64,000 bases of DNA from positions 42,346,001-42,410,000 of the forward strand of contig NC_134468.1 in assembly GCF_964194025.1 (NCBI RefSeq), given 5' to 3'. A program made the position numbers and the translations under genes. This document shows positions 32,001 through 47,000 of this stretch, piece after piece. How positions within the stretch are numbered: position 1 is the stretch's first letter; each line of letters opens with the position of its first letter. The DNA comes from Convolutriloba macropyga. Its lineage: Eukaryota. The notes under the pieces are model-generated. The model worked only from the letters and a program-made list of their open reading frames with translations, had not been told where the DNA came from and did not search any database.

Positions 32001-34631
32001 ATCTAATTTATGTTGTCTTGAGTCATTTTCGGGCGAAAGGTTAACAAAATCGAAATTTTTGGGTATGTTAGTAAGAAGGAAAGCAGGAAAAGAGCATAGC
32101 GTAGCGGTGGCTCTGAATTTAGACACTAAGTGCATCGAGGGCAAAATGCAACTTGTCAAAAATGATGCAACCTACACAATAAAGGTTTGCTTTCTCTGTA
32201 ATTTAGCCAAATTGCACACTTAGACTACTTAAGCTGTATGACAAATGGGCAGATCTGAGTTTGAAAAGTTATAATGATGGCCAAAACTCACAATCAAGTG
32301 CATCAGATACAGCACATATAGAGCAAATAAAATAGAAAGAAGTACTGCTGAGAACACACCACTGTTGGTCTATGAGGCCCCAGTGCAATTACACAAAAAG
32401 CACCATTACTAAAAATAGCTGGCAGATTGCCAAAAAATAGCTGCAATAGCTTCGTATATCTGCAGTTTAAAAAGGATAATAAAGGAAAAAAAACTATTTC
32501 TTAAAGGTGAAGTGTTATCTCGATTGTGAATCCGCTAAAACTTTGGCTGCTTCCATTAGTCGCCCTCAAATACCCTTCAATTAGAGTGCAAGTCACTCAC
32601 TTGACCTTTGAAGCAAGATCAGTCCATTTCAGAGAGAAATTCATTTGAGAGTGAGGTAAAACGCGCGTGACGAAAAAATTCATCACGCAAATGAACAAAC
32701 TCTCCACAAAGATTGAGAATGAATGAACCAGCCGATTTGAAGTGACCGCAACGTCATATTGTTGCAACAAAAATTCTGTTGAAATAAAAACAGGAAAAGT
32801 CCTGAAGTACAACCCAAAGAACTGAATGAAAAACTCTGGAGAAAAAATGGATTTCAAGACCCGCGTACGGGAGCCAACACTTGGGACCTCTCTGGGCAGA
32901 GAGAAGTAAACATTTGGATTTTTATGGGCAGAGTAGAACCCAATTAATGGGTTTCTCTGAGCGGAGTTAAGCTTGACATAATGAAGAGGGATGTTTTTAT
33001 TTAATGAGAGCAAATCATAGACAATTTGTTCACTCAATTTGTCAGAAGTTGCCGGAATAATTCCTGAATTTGACTCCCAAGACATTGGACCTCTCTAGGC
33101 AGAGAAAAACCAGCAATTGGGGACTATTCAGGTGTTCCAATTGTTTGCTAATGTTGTGAGACAATCACAATTTGCTTTTACAACATTTTCCTTAACTGAA
33201 TCTCTCAATATGGATCTGCAATTTTCATTAAATCATAACAAATATTCCCAAATCTAAAAATACATAGCAAACAAAACTGGCAGCTCTAATTTCGATTAAG
33301 ACCATTTCTTACGTTTGTCCTAAAAACATTAGCTGAAAACTGAAATTTAAAATTTGCGGGTTAAATGGATGATAAAATTCTGCCCTGTTTTACGTATCAA
33401 ACTGTCAGTACCGCCCCCGCAGCCGGCTAAGACATCCCTAAGTTCACGCCCATAATCAATAAAAAGAAAAAAAGGATTACATTATTTGATATGTGACAGG
33501 TTCAATTGATTCTACTCTCGATTCCGTAAATAATTATTGATGCTTTTTGGCTCATTTGAAAATTTGGCGGACATTTTCGTCGCATATCCTTTTGTCTAGC
33601 ACTCCATTCGTAGCGCACCAGCGACTCGGAATTTCTGAGGTTTGTTTCAATTGGTTGCTAATAATATTGGAAAATCACATTTTTGCAACCTTTTCGTTAA
33701 CTAGACCTCTCAATATTGATGGATTTTGCCGTTAATGTCATTAATCAAGCAAAATTACTCAACTTTAAAACTGTAGAGCAAACATCAAAAACGAGTTTTT
33801 TAATAACAAATTAGCAATTTTTACCTATCATGTACCAAACAGACATTTGAGGAAAACTGAAATTTGAAAAAAAAAAACAATTGAGGGTTAAGTGGATCGA
33901 ATAAGTTTTTTTTTCCTTTTTCACAATTAAGTCTGTTCCAGATTCTGTGAAAAATATCGTCCCAATTGAAAACTCAGCAAAGATTATGACGCATATCATT
34001 TTGTCTGTCTCTTTATCAATAGCGTACCAGCGACGATGAACTTGTGATGTGAGTTTCAATTGATTGCTTATATTTTGAGGCAATCACATTTTTTTTTACA
34101 ATTTTTGTGAACTGAATGTCTCAAAAGTGATCTTATTTGCAGTTAACCTCATTAGTGAAAATATAATTAGCTCAACTCTAAAATGCATAGCAAACAGCAA
34201 AACGGTGCTTTTACTTCAAATGAGACCAATTCTTATCTATTATGTCCCAAAAAGATATTAGCTGAAACCTGAATACTTTTTAAAACAAAACGTTTGCGGG
34301 TAGGGGTGGATCGAATAAATTTTTGCACTGTATCGCACTTCAAACTGTCTGTTGCACATTCACAGCTGCTGGGGAATAATCTCCCAGGCACAGCGCCATA
34401 ATTAATAAAGTAAAGAAAAGGTTAACGTATTTGATTTGTAGGAGGTTCAATTAATTCTGTTCTAGATTCCGCAAAATGATTTTTTGATGCCTTTGGCTCA
34501 TTTGAAAATTAATTTTTCAAGCAAATCCGCTCTTAATTCAGACCTGCAGTCAGGTAACTGAAACTATTTAGAAGAGTTTTTAGGCGAAATCTGCAAATGA
34601 GCAGTAATAAATATATTTGATATGAAAAAAA
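29050..34631. repeat. Near-tandem duplication of a ~2.6-kb block (29050-31737 and 32080-34631)
   Basis: Shared anchors aattgcacacttagactact (29181 / 32210) and gcagtaataaatatatttgatatg (31706 / 34601). Each copy holds a family-B Helentron head and three diverged internal sub-repeats. Confidence 0.9.
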
Positions 34632-37600
34632 TTAATGAGGAGCCTTATCAAACGTGTTTTAAATGCCAATTTCCGCAATTAAAGCAGTCAGTTTTCGCGA
34701 AAGGTGACACGTACTTTGGAAGTTTTATCGCTTATTTGCTCCCGATCTTGGTTAGCTGTCGCTTTCTTTCGCTCTGGTTTGCTCTGGGTCGCAGAGCTGT
34801 TTTCGGAGCGTTTGTTTGTTCAGTTTTCACAATTTCTTGTGAATTATTTGTTTTTGAGGAGGAAGGTTCGTTGAAGCAAAATAGCTGTAATTTTCGAATT
34901 GTTTTATTTTGCAAAGCTTCGAGCTCAATTTTACTTACTTTTTTCGACCTCAGAGAAAATTAATTGATATCTGACAGTGAAATGGTAAATCTAACTGTTA
35001 ACGCCTCCAATACATAGTTCAGCAATTTGACCTTTTCTATGATGTTCCTTTTCTATGATGGTGACGACAAATCATGTTGAAACTACACTGGACTATGTTT
35101 TCTATTCAAAGTTCGCCATACACAAATTGCAACCGGAAAGTTGCATTTTCGTCCATGGGCGACAGCAACAAGCTCCGAACACGAACAAGATTTCAAAATG
35201 CAGTCTCTCCAAATACCAGTAGATGCAGTTGGTAGAAGACAAGTTAAGGATTTACAGGACATGTTACCGATAATTGCGTAATATAAAATTGTAGCCATAT
35301 GACAGCAACAAAGTAACAACTATTAACAAAGTGACGACTACGACGATAAACAGTAATGACTTAACGAGTAGGGAGCAGTTGTTGAAACACTACGAGGATT
35401 TGATTCGGCATCTTCCCTATGGGGGTTCGTATTACGTGCCTGTTATTCAACTCCCCAAAGAATGACTCGGGAGATATTAAACCTTCCAACGAAATGCGCG
35501 AACCTTTCGGCGATTATCATTACCCAAACCTTAATGTCAGTCGGTGTCATTATAATGATAATCCCGAGCGTGAGCGATGCCATCATCAAGAAAGATGTTA
35601 TCATAGCCTAATTTCGCTGATAAAGGAAATTGCAAATAATCTAAAATTTTCATAATCGTTTCTGGTGAGAGAAGTAATTCAAAAGTTAAACTTGCAACAA
35701 AACTCTTATCTGTTTTCTTACTTGTCTTTCCCCGTAATTTAAGAATTAAAGTCATTTGCTCTTGGTTATTATCTTTTGGCCACGTAAGTATAGCTGTAAT
35801 GTGTTCAACCCGTAGCTAATTTTCCGATAGCTTAAAAACTTCCGTGAAAATCAGGTAAAACCGTTAAAAAAGAGTTAGCCACAATTCTCGTCTGGGTTTA
35901 CTGGGGTTAATTAAGTGATTCTGATGTAAATTATTGTGAGATACCAGATCAGTTCTGTTTAAGATCGTTCTTCTGAAAGGGTTAGTTCGCGCTTATACGT
36001 GACTTCTGGTGCGTTGTCTTAAAATATAGTCTTAGCACCCCCAAAACTACTTCAGATCTAAGTTTGTGTGAGCAAACACATTTTCAAGCAGCAGAAAGCT
36101 TTACACTTTAGCCTGGCGTTTTCAATTTCAGATACGCAAAAAATTTCTCACCAAGTAGTTTTAGTTACGATTTAAGTTACTTGGTTATAGACAACTCCAA
36201 AGAAAGACTGCTGCGTGAAAATCGGGGCTAAGTGCTAGCGACCGAATGACGAACGAATCAACGAACAAAATTACAGTCAATGAGCTGGAACACTAGTTTT
36301 GGTAGCTGTTGTTCAGAAACAACAACTGTGTTGTTGTCCGTGGTAGTCAATCAGGAATAAGAGCGCCTCTGACTGAAGTACAAGTAAGTTTTCAATTTGT
36401 GGCAAGTTTTGTTCATTCGCAAAAGCACTAAATTAATGATTCCTTACTTTTTGCTTGCGAATTTGTTTTTTTGTTCACGAGGGCGACCACATCAAACTAG
36501 AGTATAGGGACCCAACTGCGGATTCATTTATCTGGAACGGTCTCTTAAAGGATATAATGGGAGAAATATAATTCTGAGGCAGAGAAAACAACTTTGCTTG
36601 ATACACCAGGCGGATGTCAATGATCCCTATTATGACAGCACTATTGGAATTTAACTGACGAACTTCAGTGTACAGGCCCTAAGAACATAAAACAGCTTTT
36701 GTTAGGCCACGGAAGTAATCGGCAGTCCAGGGAAATTGATTTCGGTTCCAAAACGTTTAGCGAAGAACCCTTACCTGTGATAAGTAGTGTAGATGACGAG
36801 AAGTAGAAGACAATAAGGGAAAATGCGATGATAAGTTGGAAGATTTTCTTTTTCCTTTTGATATGTAAATCTTAACTTTAATAGTATATGAAGTATTTAT
36901 ATGATGCGTCAACCAATCCCATTTTAATAGTTAGAAACAGAGTGATAATACTGACAATCGTTATTATTAATATATTAGTTTCTTCCGTGGAGATATCAAA
37001 TTTGGTTTAGAATGCACCGAGTAGCCGACAGGAAAAAAGCTGCTGCTGCTGCTAATTCATGCCTGCCAAAAAAGCATAGATGAAAAACAATGAGACCAGA
37101 CGAAACGAAACACTATACTTTTCAGGAGATGCTGAATGAGCTCGCAGCGAAGAAGCTAGAGCCAACCCAGTTGCAAACGCATACGAAAATATAGTTGCTT
37201 AGTTACACCCAGGAGTTCAATGCGGCTGTGATGGGGCTATCAGATAAAATTATACTGAGCTGCAGCAGCTCTCCAATCACTAAGTTCATCTTGAAAAGTT
37301 GAAGCTTTTTGATTTTTCCCTCATGAACCGTTTTTTTTTTTAAAAAAGGCATAGCCAGTTGCCTTATCTTTTGTCCTTTCCTGATTAGAGCCCAATTGCA
37401 ATAATGGATGTTTCATGGTGAGAGTCTCATAACATTGACGCTGATGTTGATCTGCCGATTATTGTAATTGCTAAGATGCCAAATCAGAGAGAGAGAGAGA
37501 GAAATACCCCACAAAGTGTGGCACGAGAGGCATGCAAGCGATTGTATACTAAGAAAACCACGTGTCATATTTAATTTACCTTTATTTTCCTTAGCCTTTA

Positions 37601-38019
37601 CCATGGGCATATTTACTGTACCTTAGCCTTTTCTTATTAAGTACTTCTGGTTTAATGCTTACACTGCTTAAACTTATTTTATAGTTTGTTTGAAATAGTC
37701 TCTTGTTTCGAAATATCTTGTTGTTGTTTTTGAAATAGTCTCTTGTTCCGGCGAAAGTACCAGGGAAAGTGGCTAGCGACGTACACGTTGGCCAAAAATA
37801 ATGGAAATAACTTAGGCAATGAGCTACAATCCAATTGAAGAAGTGGAAAGAGACAAAATTGAGCCCGGTACTGATAAAAATTGGTTATGCCATTCTCAAA
37901 TTAAAAACTAAAGGGAATTGAGTTGACAGGTTTGGGCTGATTTTACTCAAGATTGATTTCCTAGTTTCTCGAAGTTTGAATCGGTAATTTTGTTGTGCTG
38001 AAAATATCAATGCTGATCT

Positions 38020-41000
38020 GCATAATTTTATGCTTTACTGTACTTCAAAGTTGCTTGGTTTGTTAACTAATTTTTAGACCAATGTGCCTTCACAACCATG
38101 TTCTGCCAATTTTATAGCAAACTGTTGTTGGATCTAACTTTTACTTGTTTGCTCATCTTGCATTATGAAAAAAAAACATGAAAGAAAGCGATTCGTATTT
38201 GGCTGATGTCGTTATCAGTTCAACAATCAAATGTTTCGGAGAGTTTTGCAAGAGTTATTGAGATTACCGCTCTGTTGAAATTCTATTTTCATTCTACTGA
38301 TCATCTCTTCTATTCAGAAACGTTATTCAGAGAATTAAGTTCCACTGCGTTTTCCCAATGTTCAGTTTAAAACATTTTGTGCTGCTCTAAAAGTTTTAAT
38401 TATAAGGTACTTTTTGGTTGCCTTCTGCTCTATATCTTTCAGTTCGTATATCAGATATATCCATGTTTATAGCAATCTGGTGTTGTATCTCCCTTTTAAA
38501 TTTTTGTTCAATTTACATTAAAAAAGCTCTGCATGTTCAGTTAATATTCTTTACAAATTGTTAATTTTATCAGGACAAAATTGAAATGTTTGGGATCCGT
38601 TGATTGGAACTTTGACACTTTGACTTCCCTATAAACGTAGATAAAAAACTAATTTTGATGGAACAATCCTTGCATCCATTCAAAGGCTACCCATAAACCT
38701 TTATTGGATTGCATTTTCGCAGTGTGTTGAACCTTTTGCTGCTCTTTTCTATTCAATACTGTCTGATTGCGTTCGGTACTCAACACCTTTACTTCTCTGA
38801 TTTCCAGATCTATCCCTATGTTCGCAGCAGTCTGTGGTTGCATCCAATAACTTACCACTTTGTTATTTCCTTTCGTCGCTTTAGTACTGTAGAACTTTTT
38901 GATTGCATTCCATGCTCGCTGTCTTAACCTTCAGATTTATCCAAGTACATAGCAGTCTGTTGTTGCATCTAAAGACTAACCTCTTTTTGTCTCTTAGGTT
39001 AATAATTGCCATATGGCTTAATTTTCATCGATTTGCCTAGGAGCATCTTTAAGTAACTCTTAGGCTATTTTTTCAATTATTGGTGTTTTTATTTAAATAA
39101 TTAACTATTTCATATCAGAGACGCTGCCCGAGAAACTTGATTGGCCTGTGATGACACATTGTAATCTGTAAGCTGTCAAGAAATCTGAGGAAACAGAATT
39201 CAGAAAAGCAAAAAATGGTAAGGCATTTATCATAGCGTAAATTTGAGCAGCGCGCCAAAATTAATTTGAACTAAAGGTTGACATACAAGGCAGTTTGGAA
39301 ACCTTATACTTGGCTATCACAAAATAGTGGGTACGGTGGATACACAACGTTTTATGGAGGTACCGAATCAATGAAGCCAAAACAACGTACTAAGAGGAAA
39401 ACCATTGGCTTTGTGGGACCTGTGCCTAAGGATGTCAGATTGGTCTGTGATGTGGTCTGAGAGGACTGCAGAACAACTTTTGCTTCTCTGGCCAATAAGA
39501 TTGTGCACCAGTTTAGACTATGCACCAAAAAGTGAATAAAACTTTTCGAGCTAGCTCTAATAAAGTTCTACAGCTTTCTGTTTTAGAGTACTTCAAAAGC
39601 TGCTTGCTTTGCTTACTAATTTTAGACAATATACATTCACATCCATGTTCTGCCAAAGTTCAAGCAAACTGTTGTTGGATCAAACTTTTACTTGTTTCCT
39701 CATTTTGCATTACGAAAAAAAACATGAACGCGGTTATTATTTAGCTGATCTCGTTATCAATGCAACATTCAAATGTTTAGGGGAGTTTGCAAGCGTCTGA
39801 TCATCTCTTCTATTCACAAACATTATTCAGAGAATTAAGTTCAACTGCGTTTTCTCAATGTTCAGTTAAAAAAATTTTAAGCTGCTCTAAAAATTTTTAT
39901 TATGCGGTACTTCTTGGTTGACTTCCGCTATAAATAATTTGTTGTTATATCAGATCTCCATGTTTATAGCAATCTGTTGTATCTCCCTTTTAACAATTGC
40001 TCATTTGACACTAAAAATATCTGCATGTTCTGTTAAGATTCTTCTCAAATTGGTCAATTTTATCACGTGACCATTGAAATGTTTGGGATCCATTGATTGC
40101 AACTTTGACAACTTGACCTTAGACTTCCCTATGAACGTAGATAAAAAAACCGATTTTGATGGAATAATCCTGCCATCCATTCAAAGGCTACCCACAAATC
40201 TTTATTGCCTGCATTTTCGCAGTGTGTTGAACCTTTTCCTGCGCTTTTTTATTCAATAATGTCTGATTGCGTTCGGTACTCGCTACCTTTACTTCTCTAA
40301 TTTTCAGCTCTATCACTATGTTCACAGCAGTTTGGTTGCATCCAATAACTTCCCTCTTTGTTATTTCCTTTCGCCGCTTTAGTACTGTAGAACTTTCGAA
40401 TTGCGTACCATGCTCGCTGTCTTTACGTCTCGGACTCTCAGATATATCCATGTTCGTAGCAGTCTGTTGCTGCATCTAAACACTTACCTCCTTTCTGTCG
40501 CTAAAGTGAATATTTGCCGCATGGTTTTTAATTCTCATCCATTCTTCTAAGAGTATCAGAAAATAACTCTTAGGCTATTTTTTTGTTTTTATTCAAATAA
40601 TAAACTATTTCATATCAGAAATGCTACCCAGGAAACTTGATTGGCCTGTGTTGGCACATTGTGATCTGTACGATGTCAAAAGATATGCGGAAACAGAATT
40701 CGGAAAAGCCAAAAATGGCAACGCCTTTATCCGAGCGTAAATTTAAGCAGCACGTCAAAACTGATTCGAACTAGAGGTTGACATATAAGGCAGTTTGGAA
40801 ACCTTATACTTGGCTATCACAAAATAGTGGGTACGGTGGATACACAACGTTTTATGGAGGTACCGAATCAATGAAGCCAAAACAACGTACTAAGAGGAAA
40901 ACCATTGGCTTTGTGGGACCTGTGCCTAAGGATGTCAGATTGGTCTGTGATGTGGTTTGAGAGGACTGCAGAACAACTTTTGCTTCTCTGGCCAATAAGA

Positions 41001-44000
41001 TTGTGCACCAGTTCAGACTATGCACCAAAAAGTGAATACAACTTTTCGAGCTAGCTCTAATAAAGTTCTACAGCTTTCTGTTTTAGAGTACTTCAAAAGC
41101 TGCTTGCTTTGCTAACTAATTTCAGACAATATACATTCACATCCATGTTCTGCCAAATTTCAAGCAAACTGTTGTTGGATCAAACGTTTACTTGTTTCCT
41201 CATTTTGCATTACGAAAAAAAACATGCACGCGGTTATTATTTAGCTGATCTCGTTATCAATGCAACATTCAAATGTTTCGGGGAGTTTTGCAAGCGTCTG
41301 ATCATCTCTTCTATTCAAACATTATTCAGAGAATTAAGTTCAACTGCGTTTTGCCAATGTTCAGTTAAGAAAATTTTGTGCTGCTCTAAAAATTTTTATT
41401 ATGCGGTACTTCTTGGTTGCCTTCCGCTATAATTAATTTGTTGGTATATCAGATCTATCCATGTTCATAGCAATCTGTTGTATCTCCCTTTTAACAATTT
41501 TTCATTTGACACTAAAAATATGTGCATGTTCTGTTAAGATTCTTCTCAAATTGGTCAATTTTATCATGTGACCATTGAAATGTTTGGGATCCATTGATTG
41601 CAACTTTGACAACTTGACCTTAGACTTCCCTATGAACGTAGATAAAAAACCGATTTTGATGGAATAATCCTGCCATCCATTCAACGGCTACCCACAAATC
41701 TTTATTGGCCTGCATTTTCGCAGTGTGTTGAACCTTTTGCTGCGCTTTTTTATTCAATAATGTCTGATTGCGTTCGGTACTCGCTACCTTTACTTCTCTA
41801 ATTTTCAGCTCTATCACTATGTTCACAGAAGTTTGGTGGCATCCAATAACTTACCTCTTTGTTATTTCCTTTCGCCGCTTTAGTACTGTAAACTTTCGAA
41901 TTGCGTACCATGCTCGCTGTCTTTACGTCTCGGACTCTCAGATATATCCATGTTCATAGCAGTCTGTTGTTGCATCTAAACACTTACCTCCTTTCTGTCG
42001 TTAAAGTGAATATTTGCCGCATGGTTTTTAATTCTCATCCATTCTTCTAAGAGTATCAGTAAGTAAATCTTAGGCTATTATTTTGTTTTTATTCAAATAA
42101 TAAACTATTTCATATCAGATCAGAAATGCTACCCAGGAAACTTGATTGGCCTGTGTTGGCACATTGTGATCTGTACGATGTCAAAAGATAAGCGGAAACA
42201 GAATTCAGAAAAGCCAAAAATGGCAAGACCTTTATCCGAGCGTAAATTTCAGCAGCACGTCAAAATTAATTCGAACTAGAGGGCGACATACAAGGCAGTG
42301 TGGAAACCTTATATCTGGCTATCACTAAATAGTGGTTACGGTGGATACACAATGTTTTATAGAGGTACCGAATCACTGAAGGCAAAACAACGTACTAAGA
42401 GGAAAACCATTGGCTTTGTGGGACCTGTGCCTAAGGATGTCAGATTGGTCTGTGATGTGGTCTGAGAGGACTGCAGAACAACTTTTGCTTCTCTGGCCAA
42501 TAAGATTGTGCACCAGTTCAGACTATGCACCAAAAAGTGAATACAACTTTTCGAGCTAGCTCTAATAAAGTTCTACAGCTTTCTGTTTTAGAGTACTTCA
42601 AAAGCTGCTTGCTTTGCTTACTAATTTTAGACAATATACATTCACATCCATGTTCTGCCAAATTTCAAGCAAACTGTTGTTGGACCAAACGTTTACTTGT
42701 TTCCTCATTTTGCATTACGAAACAAAACATGAACGCGGTTATTATTTAGCTGATCTCGTTATCAATGCAACATTCAAATGTTTCGGGGAGTTTTGCAAGC
42801 GTCTGATCATCTCTTCTATTCAAACATTATTCAGAGAATTAAGTTCAACTGCGTTTTGCCAATGTTCAGTTAAGAAAATTTTGTGCTGCTCTAAAAATTT
42901 TTATTATGCGGTACTTCTTGGTTGCCTTCCGCAATAATTAATTTGTTGGTATATCAGATCTATCCATGTTCATAGCAATCTGTTGTATCTCCCTTTTAAC
43001 AATTTTTCATTTGACACTAAAAATATGTGCATGTTCTGTTAAGATTCCTCAGAAAATGGTCAATTTTATGTGACCATTGAAATGTTTGGGATCCATTGCT
43101 TGCAACTTTGACAACTTGACCTTAGACTTCCCTATGAACGTAGATAAAAAACCGATTTTGATGGAATAATCCTGCCATCCATTCAACGGCTACCCACAAA
43201 TCTTTATTGGCCTGCATTTTCGCAGTGTGTTGAACCTTTTGCTGCGCTTTTTTATTCAATAATGTCTGATTGCGTTCGGCACTCGCTACCTTTACTTCTC
43301 TAATTTTCAGCTCTATCACTATGTTCACAGCAGTTTGGTTGCATCCAATAACTTCCCTCTTTGTTATTTCCTTTCGCCGCTTTAGTACTGTAGAACTTTC
43401 GAATTGCGTACCATGCTCGCTGTCTTTACGTCTCGGACTCTCAGATATATCCATGTTCATAGCAGTCTGTTGTTGCATCTAAACACTTACCTCCTTTCTG
43501 TCGTTAAAGTGAATATTTGCCGCATGGTTTTTAATTCTCATCCATTCTTCTAAGAGTATCAGTAAGTAACTCTTAGGCTATTTTTTTGTTTTTATTCAAA
43601 TAATAAACTATTTCATATCAGAAATGCTACCCAGGAAACTTGATTGGCCTGTGTTGGCACATTGTGATCTGTACGATGTCAAAAGATAAGCGGAAACAGA
43701 ATTCAGAAAAGCCAAAAATGGCAAGACCTTTATCCGAGCGTAAATTTCAACAGCACGTCAAAATTAATTCGAACTAGAGGGCGACATACAAGGCAGTGTG
43801 GAAACCTTATATCTGGCTATCACTAAATAGTGGTTACGGTGGATACACAATGTTTTATAGAGGTACCGAATCACTGAAGGCAAACACTGTACTAAGAGGA
43901 AAACCATAGGCTTTGTGACACATATGCCTAAAATTGGTCTGTGATGCGGTCTGAGAGGAAGTGTGAACAACTTTTGCTTCTCGTGTCACTAAGATTGTGC

Positions 44001-47000
44001 ACCAATTCAGATTGTGCACCAAACAGTGAATATGACTTTTCAAGCTAGCTCTAATAAAGTCCTACCGCTTTCTGTTTTAGAGTACTTGAAAGCTGCTTGC
44101 TTTGCTAACTAATATTAGCTGCTTGCATTACATTCACATCCATGTTCTGCCAATTTTATACCAAACTGTTCTTGGATCTCAATTTTACTTGTTTCCTCAT
44201 TTTGCATTACGAAAAGAAAAACATGAAAAAAGCGGTTTTTATTTAGCTGATCTCGTCATCAATGCAACATTCAAATGTTTCGGAGAGTTTTTCAAGCGTC
44301 TGATCATCTCTTCTATTCATTCGGAGAATTAAATTCAACTGCGTTTTCCCAATGTTCAGTTTTGTGCTGCTCTAAAAAAATTTATTAGGCGGTACTTCTG
44401 GGTTGCCTTCTGCTATAAAAATTTTCAGTTGGAATATCAGATGTATCCATGTTTATAGCAATGTGTTGTATCTCCCCTCAATATGTGTACTTTTCTGGCT
44501 TTCAGATCTATCCATGTTCACAGCAGTCAGTGGTTGCATCCAATAACTTACCTCTTTGGTATTTCCTTTGGTCGCTTTAGTGCTGTAGATTTTTCTGATT
44601 GCGTTCCATGCTCGCTGTCTTTATTTCTCGGGCTTTCAGATATATCCATGTTCAAAGCAGTCTGTTGTTGCCGCTAAAGACTTACCTCCTACTCTCCCTT
44701 TCGTTACTATTTGTCATATGGCTTAATTTTCATCGATTTGTCTAGGAGCATCTGCAAGTAACTCTTAGGTTATTTTTTCAAATATTGGTGTTTTTATTTA
44801 AATAATAAACTTTTATATCAGAAATGCTACCAAGGAAACTTGATTGGAATGTGTTGGCACATTGCGATCTGTACGCTGTCAGTAGACATGCGGAAAAAGA
44901 ATTCAGAAAAGCCAAAAAAGACAGGCCTTTATCAGAGCGTAAATTTGAGCAGCACGTCAAAATTGATTCGCACTAAAGGGCGATATACAAGGCAGTGTGG
45001 AAAACTTATATTTGGCTATCACAAAATAGTGGCTACGGAGGATACACAATGTTTTATGGAGTGAATATAACTTTTCGAGATAGCTCTAATGCACTTCGAC
45101 AGCTTAGAACAAAAAGCGGACCTCACTAGAAGAAATTCCTAAGAAAGTGTATTGACTTTATGTAAAACTTGTGAAAAATTTAAAAATACGCAATTCTTAC
45201 TAAGAGTATTTTTCCACGAACTGTTGCAAAAGTTCCGGAAGCATTAACAGAGCAACATCTTTTGTCAAAAAAATGGGATACCGGCTGCATCTAGGCTATG
45301 GTTATGGCATTTAGTTCTAATGTACAACTTAATAGTCGAAGTCCCTAGCGAGACTATTTAAAACATTGAGGAACAAGATCAAACAGTTGATCTGTCTGAG
45401 TCCGAAACAGTCTTGCCGAGTTTTCTAAAGGCAAGTAAATTTCACTACGCTCACTCCAATCTTGCCAATGATAACAACGCTAGACAACAGCTCTAGAGAC
45501 TAAAATTGCACCACAAACCTAGAGCCTCCGCGTGCTTAATCGCCAGCAAAAATCACTGTGTCTCGAGTTTTCTAATTCGTCAGTTCACACGACGAAAAAC
45601 AATGAGGGTTGGTCAGTTCAAAACAAAATTGTGCCCTGGAAGTGATGTAAATGTTGCGCTTGCTTGTCTTTTAGTAGAGCTTGTGCTTACGAAGCTACAC
45701 TTGTTATCAAATCTCTCCTTCCCCGACAGAGAATACTTCCCTTGGGATCTTCATTTATCAAAAAGGTAAAGGCAAAATTTCGTGAAGCTACGAGAGTTGT
45801 TGTAGGTTAAGAAGAGCGCTCATTTTGTTTGCTCAACGTTAAGATTGGAAACGTTTTACAAAACTTTTTCCAACCATCGAGAGCTTAATCCCCCATTCCG
45901 ATTTGAACGATAAATATTCTCCAATTTTGAGAATAACTGATTCAAAATCCGACTTTAATCTTATTGTTTCAGCCTTATTGGAGTTAATATCAAAAACTCA
46001 ACTTTCAAAAAAGAAGGTTGACATTTCGTGTCAGGTAGCTGCTCTAACCCCGTTTTGCGCGTGGCTCGGAAAACATTGTCCTTCCAGCTTTGTTTGTTGG
46101 CTCTCAGACTCAGGTTTAGAATATTGTTCCACAGATGATTGCAGAATTAGTTTCGAATGTTGGTTGGAGTGTGCATGAATAATATCGGATGTCAGATCGG
46201 TTGAACTGCATCTCAATAGTCACAGACGTTGCAACTAAATCACATGCGTTCACAAATTCCCAGCTCAATGGCTTTGTCGATTGTCCGTGCTTTGACCCGG
46301 AATGTCACAGCAACTTTTTCTTCTCGGGTCACTAAGATTGTGCACCAAATCAGATTGTGCGCCAAAGTGAATATGACTTTTCGAGCTAGCTCTAATAAAG
46401 TTCTACAGCTTTCTGTTTTAGAGTACTTCAAAGCTGCTTGCTTTGCTAACTTATTTTAGACAATATACATTCACATCAATGTTCGGCCAAATTTCAAGCA
46501 AACTGTTGTTGGATCAAACTTCTACTTGTTTCCTCATTTTGCAATACGAAAAAAAAACATGAACGCGGTTATTATTTAGCTGATCTCGTTATCAATGCAA
46601 CATTCAAATGCTTCGGGGAGTTTTGCAAGCGTCTGATCATCTCTTCTATTCACAAACATTATAAAGAGAATTAAGTTCAACTGCGTTTTCCCAAGGTTCC
46701 ATTAAAAAAATTTTGTGCTGCTCTAAAAATTTTTATTGCGGTACTTCTTGGTTGCCTTCCGCTATAAAAAATTTGTTGGTATATCAGATCTATCCATGTT
46801 TATAGCAATCTGTTGTATCTCCCCTTTTAACACTGTTCATTTTACACTAAAAACATCTGCATGTTCTGTTAAGATTCTTCACAAATTGGTCAATTTTATG
46901 TGACCATTGAAATGTTTGGGATCAATTGATTGCAACTTTGACACTATGCACTTAGACTTCCCTATAAACGTACATAGAATACCGTTTTTGATAGAATAAT

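Noticed and set aside
36590-36625. LLDTPG, resembling a GTPase G3 motif
   Set aside because: Flanked by stops and lacking an in-frame P-loop; likely chance.
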